From Promethearchaeota archaeon (GTDB lineage: Archaea > Asgardarchaeota > Lokiarchaeia > Sigyniarchaeales > SOKP01), in assembly GCA_048938005.1 (NCBI GenBank), contig JBHLMQ010000060.1, positions 1 to 14,097 on the forward strand: 14,097 nucleotides of DNA, written 5' to 3'. The position numbers and the translations under genes were made by a program. This document shows positions 7,516 to 14,097 of this stretch, in pieces (position 1 is the stretch's first letter; each line of letters starts with the position of its first letter). The notes beneath the pieces were generated by a model. It worked only from the letters and a program-made list of their open reading frames with translations, did not search any database and was not told the DNA's origin.

Positions 7516-8697
7516 TTGCCTGAATCAAAAATAGAAGATACAGTCATTCTCTTAGATGCTTCTAGGTCCATGTTAAGAAAAGATTTTAAACCAACTAGAT
7601 TGGTTATTGAATTACAAGCAGCTAAGAATTTCATTCAATCAAAATTATCAATTGATATGAAAGATCGAATTTCAATAATTACTTTTGGAGGAATTACAAA
7701 GAAGTTAATTGATTTCGCATTTGAAGAACAAAAATTAATCGAATCACTAAAGAATGTCCAGATTTCGGGCCGAGGATTCCTTCATGAGGGTATTGCTTTT
7801 GCTCTTCAAGTTCTTGTAAAAGAATTGCGGAAAGTTGGAGGGAAAACTCCGCGTATATTCATAATTACCGATAGCAAACTAAATATTGATGAGATCAAAT
7901 TAGAAAAAATGGTTAAAATCTCTAAGGGTTTAGGTGTGTTTATTGATGCATGTCAGCTAGGTGGAACGCAAGAATACGGAAAAAATTCTCTAAAAAAAAT
8001 AGCACAATCAACTGGGGGAGAATATGGATATTTCAACAATTCAAAAGAATTAATTAATGCAGGTAAAGTTTTTGCTTCGAAAAAAAGTGTAATGGAAACT
8101 ACAGACTATTTCTCTCCTGATAAAAACGATAAAATAGCACCACTAGTCAGCGAGATTGCCCTGCCATTAAGGAGACCATCTATGTCAGATATCAGGTTAA
8201 TTATAAAAGGATCAGATAGAACACGAGAGAAATGTCAAATTTGTCATTCTGTTAAAGCAGCAGTAACAGGTGCTGATTTTTTCAGTGAGGGGCGTTATTG
8301 TCCCAGCTGTGACCGACCAATGCATTTATCTTGTGCTGCAATGTGGGCTAAAAAAACAGAATATAAAGAAAATGTTTTCAGGTGCCCATTCTGCTTCTTT
8401 CTTCTATCACTTTCACCAGCAGCATTGAAACTTATTAAAGATAAAGAAGATTTAATGCAAGAAATAGAAATTATAGATGAAGATGAAAGATCAGAAACAA
8501 AGATGGTAGTAATTCCACGTCAAAAAATAGAACAAATAGATGCATCATGCTCTTATTGCCATAGTATTTTTTTAGGTGATTTTAAAGTCTATCGATGTGA
8601 AGTATGCAATGCATATTACCATGAACCATGTCTTCAAAAAATGAAAAAAGAAATTAAAGCTTGTAGGTATTGTGGAGCTAAAATTATTAACGATTAA
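7516..8697 (+). CDS. VWA domain (Ssl1/Rpn10-like) protein with two C4HC3 RING/PHD-type zinc fingers; TFIIH p44/Ssl1-like architecture
   Basis: TTG start. VWA motifs ILLDASRSM..KDFKPTRL (DxSxS), RIFIITDS and IAQSTGGEY. Finger 1 is C-x2-C-x18-C-x2-C-x4-H-x2-C-x16-C-x2-C (8233-8394). Finger 2 is C-x2-C-x12-C-x2-C-x4-H-x2-C-x10-C-x2-C (8548-8673). Confidence 0.8.
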   Translation: MPESKIEDTVILLDASRSMLRKDFKPTRLVIELQAAKNFIQSKLSIDMKDRISIITFGGITKKLIDFAFEEQKLIESLKNVQISGRGFLHEGIAFALQVLVKELRKVGGKTPRIFIITDSKLNIDEIKLEKMVKISKGLGVFIDACQLGGTQEYGKNSLKKIAQSTGGEYGYFNNSKELINAGKVFASKKSVMETTDYFSPDKNDKIAPLVSEIALPLRRPSMSDIRLIIKGSDRTREKCQICHSVKAAVTGADFFSEGRYCPSCDRPMHLSCAAMWAKKTEYKENVFRCPFCFFLLSLSPAALKLIKDKEDLMQEIEIIDEDERSETKMVVIPRQKIEQIDASCSYCHSIFLGDFKVYRCEVCNAYYHEPCLQKMKKEIKACRYCGAKIIND

Positions 8698-8729
8698 TGC
8701 ATATTAATAAAATTAAATTTCAAATATTA

Positions 8730-8782
8730 ACTCGTTTAGTTTAAAATATTTAAGCTTATATTCGTTTTATATATAAACGAGT
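8730..8782. promoter_or_regulatory. Candidate metG promoter/operator: inverted repeats around a TATA-like box
   Basis: ACTCGTTTA (8730-8738) is the exact reverse complement of TAAACGAGT (8774-8782). TCGTTT (8762-8767) and AAACGA (8775-8780) flank TATATAT. Confidence 0.45.
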
Positions 8783-8790
8783 GTGAATAG

Positions 8791-10848
8791 GTGATTAATT
8801 TAGCGAATAATCATAAAGGTAAATGGGTTGTAACATCTGCGTGGCCCTACGTGAATGCTACACCTCATCTGGGCAATTTAATTGGAAGTACATTATCAGC
8901 TGATGTATTTGCAAGATTCCTGAGACTGAATGGAGAAGAAGTGGTGTTTGTTTCTGGTTCGGATTCTCATGGAACGCCCATTTCAGTGGAAGCAAAAAAA
9001 TTAAATGTTTCAGCTGAAGAGTTAGCATTAAAGTATCATAAAATCATTAAAGATTTACATGAACAATGGCAAATATCTTTTGACAATTACACGATAACAC
9101 ACAATCCTACCCATATAGAATTTGTACAGAAAATGTATTTAGATATACAGAAAAATGGTTATATCTTAGAAAAAGAGATAGAATCCCTATACTGTGAAAA
9201 TGATAATTTATACTTACCCGACAGATTTGTTGAAGGAACTTGTCCTCATTGTGGGTATGATGATGCAAGAGGAGATCAATGTGATAAGTGTCAGAAATTA
9301 TTAACCCCATTAGAATTGATAAACCCAAGATGCGCAATTTGTGGAAATGCTCCTGTTATTAGAAAAACGAAACACTGGTATTTCGATTTACCTAAATTGC
9401 AGGATCGAATAACTAAGTTAATTGAAGAAAATAAAATTATCCCCTCTAATGCTCGACAAATGTGCTTAAATATGATTGCAGAAGGGTTACATGAACGTGC
9501 AATTACCCGAGATTTAGACTGGGGCATTCCTGCTCCCTTTAAAGGTGCTGAAAATAAAACAATATATGTATGGTCCGAAGCAGTATTAGGTTATATTACT
9601 GCTGTAAAAGAGTGGGCAGAAAAAATAATTAATGAACCGAATAAATTTGATTATTTCTGGAAAGATTCAGAAACTAAAACAGTTTACTTTGTTGGCAAAG
9701 ATAATATAATATTTCATTTAATTCTCTTTCCAGGACTCATTTTGGCTTATAATAATGATAAAAAGAAAGGTGAGCAGTTTGTTCTTCCATACAATGTTTC
9801 ATCGACAGAATTTTTAATGTATGAGAATGACAAATTTTCTAAGTCAAGAGGAATTGGTATATGGATTGATGAGGCGTTAAAATTAGCACCTTTAGATTAT
9901 TGGAGATTTAATCTACTATTTAATCGCCCAGAAACGAGTGATACATCGTTTTTATGGTCTGAATTTGATAACAATATAAAAACTCTTAACGATAATATTG
10001 GAAATTTTATACATCGGACTTTAACTTTTATTGAAAAACAATTTAATAGCAAAATTCCAGAAAGAATGGAAGATGATGAGATTGATAAAAAATTTATAGA
10101 AAAGTTAAATAGTATTAGGGCAGAAGCGGGTGAAAGTCTGAGGAATTTTAAAATAAGAAAAGCAATAAGAGATATTGTCAATTTTGGTAAAGAAGGTAAT
10201 ATTTACTTGAATGAAAAAGCTCCATGGCATTTAATTAAAAAAGATAAAAAGGCTGCTGGGCATGTTTTTAATATTTGTGCTCAAGCAGTATATGCATTAG
10301 CGGTTTTGTTAGGTTCTTTTATCCCTGAAACATCTAATAAAATTTTATCATATTTGAATGTCCCAGAATTATCAAAAATTACTTGGGATAGCATTAATGA
10401 TCATTCTATAAAAGCAGGGCAAAGAATTAAAAAACCGGAACCGCTCTTTCAAAAATTTGATATAGAAGAAATTAAAAAAGAATATAAAAAATTAAAAGAA
10501 GAAAAACCAAAAGAAGGTGATAAAGAACTGATTTCTTATGAAGATTTTCAAAAATTAGACATTCGAGTTGCCTTGGTTGAAAATGTTGAACAAGTTCCTA
10601 AAGCCGACAAGCTCTATAAAATATCGATCGATTTAGGAACTGAAAAAAGAACAGTGGTTGCTGGCTTAGCTGAATATTATAAAGTCGAGGATTTAAAAGG
10701 AAAAAAAATTGTTGTTTTAACAAATTTAGAACCAAGAAAATTACGTGGAATTTTAAGTGAAGGTATGCTTCTTGCTGCCGTTGAAGGTGAAAATGTCTCA
10801 ATAATAATCCCTGATAAAGATCTTCCTCCCGGAGCTAGAATTGAATAA
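8791..10848 (+). CDS. metG: Methionine--tRNA ligase with C-terminal tRNA-binding (Trbp111/EMAPII-like OB-fold) domain
   Basis: Motifs TSAWPYVNATPHLGN (HIGH), GSDSHG, zinc knuckles CPHC/CDKC/CAIC, ITRDLDWGIP, YVW, GKDNI.FH and KFSKSRG (KMSKS). C-terminal domain DF.KLDIRV...ADKLY...NLEPRKLRGILSEGMLLAA. Confidence 0.98.
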   Translation: MINLANNHKGKWVVTSAWPYVNATPHLGNLIGSTLSADVFARFLRLNGEEVVFVSGSDSHGTPISVEAKKLNVSAEELALKYHKIIKDLHEQWQISFDNYTITHNPTHIEFVQKMYLDIQKNGYILEKEIESLYCENDNLYLPDRFVEGTCPHCGYDDARGDQCDKCQKLLTPLELINPRCAICGNAPVIRKTKHWYFDLPKLQDRITKLIEENKIIPSNARQMCLNMIAEGLHERAITRDLDWGIPAPFKGAENKTIYVWSEAVLGYITAVKEWAEKIINEPNKFDYFWKDSETKTVYFVGKDNIIFHLILFPGLILAYNNDKKKGEQFVLPYNVSSTEFLMYENDKFSKSRGIGIWIDEALKLAPLDYWRFNLLFNRPETSDTSFLWSEFDNNIKTLNDNIGNFIHRTLTFIEKQFNSKIPERMEDDEIDKKFIEKLNSIRAEAGESLRNFKIRKAIRDIVNFGKEGNIYLNEKAPWHLIKKDKKAAGHVFNICAQAVYALAVLLGSFIPETSNKILSYLNVPELSKITWDSINDHSIKAGQRIKKPEPLFQKFDIEEIKKEYKKLKEEKPKEGDKELISYEDFQKLDIRVALVENVEQVPKADKLYKISIDLGTEKRTVVAGLAEYYKVEDLKGKKIVVLTNLEPRKLRGILSEGMLLAAVEGENVSIIIPDKDLPPGARIE

Positions 10849-10849
10849 A

Positions 10850-12094
10850 TTATAATTTTAATGAAAACAATGGATTTAATCGAGCAATTATTTCTCCAAG
10901 ATCCAATTGAATCGTTTTAAGTACAATATCTCTCCCTCTATATTCAAATTGTAATTCACTCACGTTCCTTATTATTTTTAATCTACTCATGCTTGTTTTT
11001 AAAGAAGTAACAAAGTATCTTTGATCTTTGTATTCTATTATATCCAATACATCTTTTATATCATTAAATTCATACCCTCCTCCATGTGGAAGGAGATTGG
11101 CATTTGTTAATAATTCTAAGAGTTCTAAATCTTCTGCTCTATCTAAGAGGTTTTGATTTTTAAGAGTTGTTTCAGTTAAATTTTTCTTTCCCGAAAATAA
11201 GTAAGCTGCAATGTCTGCTCTAAGAGTTGTGGGAAATATATTTGAATGAATTAAATCGCAATTAATATCTGTACAATTGCTTCCTAGATACATGTTATTA
11301 TAATCTTTTAGAAACTGATGTGGTTGATTGCATATGACTTCATATCCGTAATCAAAAAGATTATTTGCTATAATTTCTCGTTTTAAATTAGAAAATTCTA
11401 AAGCCTTTTTGTTGAATTCAAGATAATCTTTAGCATCAGAATCTAATAAAATATATTGTATACCAAATTTACTTCTTTCTTCAATCGCAATATCTTTTAA
11501 TGTTTTTGATTTATCAATATACAGTCCCATTCCGTAAGAATTGTCTCTAAACTCAGGGGCAGAACCATGAATTAAAAAGATATAAGGTGGAAGATCAATA
11601 TCAGAAAGATTTTTTGTTTCAAAGCAGTTAATAAAATGATTAGATATTCCATAATCCCAATCTATCAAGATTTCATCATGGTATAGTTCTTCTGATTTAA
11701 TTCTATCAATTTTTTTAATTAATTCATAGGGATCAGGTAATTCTTCAAAGCCACCAACTAAGATACCACAACAGTTTGGTTTAGTATTAAGAAAAATTAA
11801 TTTATCTTCTCCACTCCCCCAATTTAATCTCCCTCCATACCCTAATCCAGAATTCCATCTATATTTATTTCGTGAGATTGTTTCATCAGGAGAAGAAATA
11901 AATGTTGCCTTTGGTTCAAACCCGTATTTCTCTTGAATTAAGTGAAACATCGAAAGCCCATATTTCATGTTTGCCTTACATAATTTTGATGCTCCATCAT
12001 TTAGACCTGTTGAAAAAATGAATTGACTTGCTCTATCTAATAAATCTGATTTTGATAATTCTGAGATATTTTGAGAAAGGATTGATGAACCCAT
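10850..12094 (-). CDS. Highly divergent RtcB-fold protein (GTP/Mn-dependent RNA ligase superfamily)
   Basis: Colinear RtcB-like motifs: SPD70..GLGYGG (MPDxH..GFPIGG), PNCC109G (DINCG), GISN152H153F (GxGNHF), LIH176GS (MxHSGS), DYL...ALEFS..KR, PH259Q (HN), AYLFSG, PH337GGG (HGAG), EYR (AYK) and ARLNPLFSLK413 (C-terminal L.P+..+K). Confidence 0.75.
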   Translation of the reverse strand: MGSSILSQNISELSKSDLLDRASQFIFSTGLNDGASKLCKANMKYGLSMFHLIQEKYGFEPKATFISSPDETISRNKYRWNSGLGYGGRLNWGSGEDKLIFLNTKPNCCGILVGGFEELPDPYELIKKIDRIKSEELYHDEILIDWDYGISNHFINCFETKNLSDIDLPPYIFLIHGSAPEFRDNSYGMGLYIDKSKTLKDIAIEERSKFGIQYILLDSDAKDYLEFNKKALEFSNLKREIIANNLFDYGYEVICNQPHQFLKDYNNMYLGSNCTDINCDLIHSNIFPTTLRADIAAYLFSGKKNLTETTLKNQNLLDRAEDLELLELLTNANLLPHGGGYEFNDIKDVLDIIEYKDQRYFVTSLKTSMSRLKIIRNVSELQFEYRGRDIVLKTIQLDLGEIIARLNPLFSLKL

Positions 12095-12229
12095 TTTATA
12101 TTATCTACTAGCCTATAAATAAATTCTATCTAAAATTATATGGGAAAGTATACATATATAATATTAATGATATTACATTGAAATATTTGGTAAAAAAGAG
12201 TCTAAAATATTGATGATAAAATAGTTACC

Positions 12230-12853
12230 ATGAATGATTCGGCTAGTATTGTTTTAATTGATTCATTAAAAGATATATTAATTAATGGAGAATTTACAGG
12301 GTCAATTATTTCAAAATGGGAAGATGAAATTATCTTCTCTGACAATATAAAAATATCAGATTCTGATGGAATTATCATATCTGAGGGTTTACTTATAGGT
12401 TTTGAAAAGACTGGTAACACGTTAAATCCTTTTTCAAGAACTTCTGATTTTAAATGGGATATAAAAGAATCTCCATTGGAATATTCTCTTTTAATTCCTG
12501 AAAATGTAATGGAGCAGTATGATCAGGGACAATTTTCTAATGAATTCCCTTTTACTATTAATTTACTCCACACAGCAGGTTTATATTTAAATGATATTAA
12601 ATTTGGTGTAAATCATTTAGATTTTTTTAAAGGTGAAATTCTAAGAAATCCTATTTCAATGATTAAGAATGGTATAATTGTCGCTGATAGAGTAGTTATA
12701 GATCATAATGGTGATCCTGTGTTTTATGATTGCTTGATAGTTGGAAGGGATGAACGTGATGATCTTAATATAAGTTATGAACCAATTATTAATGTCGATG
12801 ATAAAGTGGTTGAATATATCATAATTTTAGGAATTGAGGAATTAAAAATTTAA
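12230..12853 (+). CDS. Hypothetical acidic, Ile/Asp/Glu-rich protein of unknown function
   Basis: 207-aa ORF filling the gap between two genes and ending 17 nt before the ATPase start. No recognisable family. The frame is open upstream to 12206, so an ATT start at 12209 is possible. Confidence 0.7.
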   Translation: MNDSASIVLIDSLKDILINGEFTGSIISKWEDEIIFSDNIKISDSDGIIISEGLLIGFEKTGNTLNPFSRTSDFKWDIKESPLEYSLLIPENVMEQYDQGQFSNEFPFTINLLHTAGLYLNDIKFGVNHLDFFKGEILRNPISMIKNGIIVADRVVIDHNGDPVFYDCLIVGRDERDDLNISYEPIINVDDKVVEYIIILGIEELKI

Positions 12854-12870
12854 AGTAATTATGATTCAAA

Positions 12871-14091
12871 ATGCTTCTTTTCGAAAATAAAGAAAAAAAA
12901 TTAATTAATCTCTTAAAATTCACAGGATCTCCCTTTAAAAAATTTGTTTCTACAGGAGAAATCGAAGAAGATATTGGGCTTGTAAAATCAAGGCAAGATT
13001 TATTAAGTGCTATCATAAATATAATTGAAAAAAATGAAAATTTCATCTTGCCAATAATTGGAAATGTAGGTACTGGAAAAACACATCTTTACTGGGCATT
13101 GAAACATGAATTGTATTATTATAATATAGTCTATATTTCATTAGAGAATGTTATGAAGAAATTTTATTATTATACATACTCAGAATTCATTGAAAGTATG
13201 GATGTAGAGGTTTTAAGAAGCATCGCAAAAAGATTATGTAATGAATGGGGCGCTTTAGAGAGAAAATATGGTTTTTTTCATTTGGCTGAGTGTGAAAAGG
13301 TGAGAAAAGTTGCTTTTGAGGAATGGGCTCCAAAATTTGAAAATAAAGCCGCGATAGTGGATATAATAAACGCTATAACTGCGCATCAATTAGATCCATA
13401 TAAAAAGGTAGAAGCAGAAAGGTGGCTTTTAGGAGAAGTATTGGATATAAGAGAACTTTCAAGATTGAATTTAATGCATGACTTAAGAGAAAAAAATAAT
13501 TCTTACACAATGCTGAAAGTATTAGTTGAAAATTCGATGGTAAGTAGTGTATTATTTATTGATGATTTCGAAAAAATTATAACTATGATGAAACCTATAC
13601 CTTTAGAGGAAGAAACGGAAGAAGTTTTTGATAGAAGTTGGCTTTATAGCACGAAGGAGTCTCCAGATAAAGATACAGCTGCAAAAACATTAGATAAAAT
13701 TATTCAATTAAACAAAATTAAGGGTCTGAGAATCATAATTACCTTAAAATCATTTGATTTGTATGAAGAAATTAAGAGAGAATTTGAAGAAAGGAACAAT
13801 AATCTTTTAGATGTATTAAAGGAGCCTATTACCTTATCAAACTTTTTAGAAGAAGATCTAAATAAGTTCTATAAAAGAAATTTGGAATATTTTTTTGGAA
13901 GCATTAATTACTTCGATTATTTTAGGGATTTCCCAGATTCATATTATCCACTAAACGAAAAAGTGTTGAACTATATTTATAATAATACTGAGGGCAATCC
14001 CAGAGAAATTATTAAGTTATTGATCAAAATTTTCAATGAGATAGTGTTATCTAATAAAAATTTAAATGAAGTCCTTAAAAAATATCAATAA
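12871..14091 (+). CDS. P-loop AAA+-type ATPase, BrxD/DUF2791-like
   Basis: Walker A IIGNVGTGKTH, helical insert with RWLLGE, Walker B VLFIDDFE, and C-terminal YPL....GNPREIIK (sensor-2-like). The ATPase call is firm and the subfamily is tentative. Confidence 0.8.
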   Translation: MLLFENKEKKLINLLKFTGSPFKKFVSTGEIEEDIGLVKSRQDLLSAIINIIEKNENFILPIIGNVGTGKTHLYWALKHELYYYNIVYISLENVMKKFYYYTYSEFIESMDVEVLRSIAKRLCNEWGALERKYGFFHLAECEKVRKVAFEEWAPKFENKAAIVDIINAITAHQLDPYKKVEAERWLLGEVLDIRELSRLNLMHDLREKNNSYTMLKVLVENSMVSSVLFIDDFEKIITMMKPIPLEEETEEVFDRSWLYSTKESPDKDTAAKTLDKIIQLNKIKGLRIIITLKSFDLYEEIKREFEERNNNLLDVLKEPITLSNFLEEDLNKFYKRNLEYFFGSINYFDYFRDFPDSYYPLNEKVLNYIYNNTEGNPREIIKLLIKIFNEIVLSNKNLNEVLKKYQ

Positions 14092-14097
14092 ATAATA

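Noticed and set aside
7188-7634. 148-aa minus-strand ORF
   Set aside because: Overlaps the M20 3' end and the VWA gene 5' end in antisense; no recognisable features.
9107-10801. Four short minus-strand ORFs (9107-9337, 9291-9527, 9897-10181, 10598-10801)
   Set aside because: All are antisense shadows of metG.
12230-12853. Archease hypothesis for the acidic protein next to the RtcB-like gene (HTAG resembles archease HTAD)
   Set aside because: The motif is mid-protein and lacks the Asp, there is no KA.T motif, and the protein is too long. Not supportable by eye.
12202-13046. Minus-strand ORFs 12202-12420 and 12819-13046
   Set aside because: Short antisense shadows of the longer plus-strand genes.
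1-14097. CRISPR array, tRNA/rRNA, transposase or integrase
   Set aside because: No regularly spaced repeats, cloverleaf or rRNA-like segments, or recombinase motifs were seen. All intergenic gaps are under 200 nt.

Overview
AT-rich archaeal DNA, most consistent with an Asgard archaeon of the Lokiarchaeia type. This is inferred from the tandem Roadblock/LC7 genes, the large sequon-rich membrane-anchored surface protein, the archaeal/eukaryotic-type MetRS and frequent TTG/GTG starts. Gene order: 3' end of a winged-helix protein; MBL-fold hydrolase; two Roadblock/LC7 genes, the first strongly resembling eukaryotic dynein light chain roadblock and lacking a canonical start codon; a 1356-aa surface glycoprotein (minus strand); an ArgE/DapE-type M20 peptidase; a VWA + two C4HC3 zinc-finger protein with the architecture of TFIIH p44/Ssl1 and an Rpn10-like VWA; metG; a highly divergent RtcB-fold protein (minus strand); and a divergently transcribed pair of an acidic hypothetical protein and a BrxD/DUF2791-like P-loop ATPase. 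I saw no RNA genes, CRISPR arrays or mobile elements. All family comparisons were made by eye against remembered consensus motifs, with no database searches.
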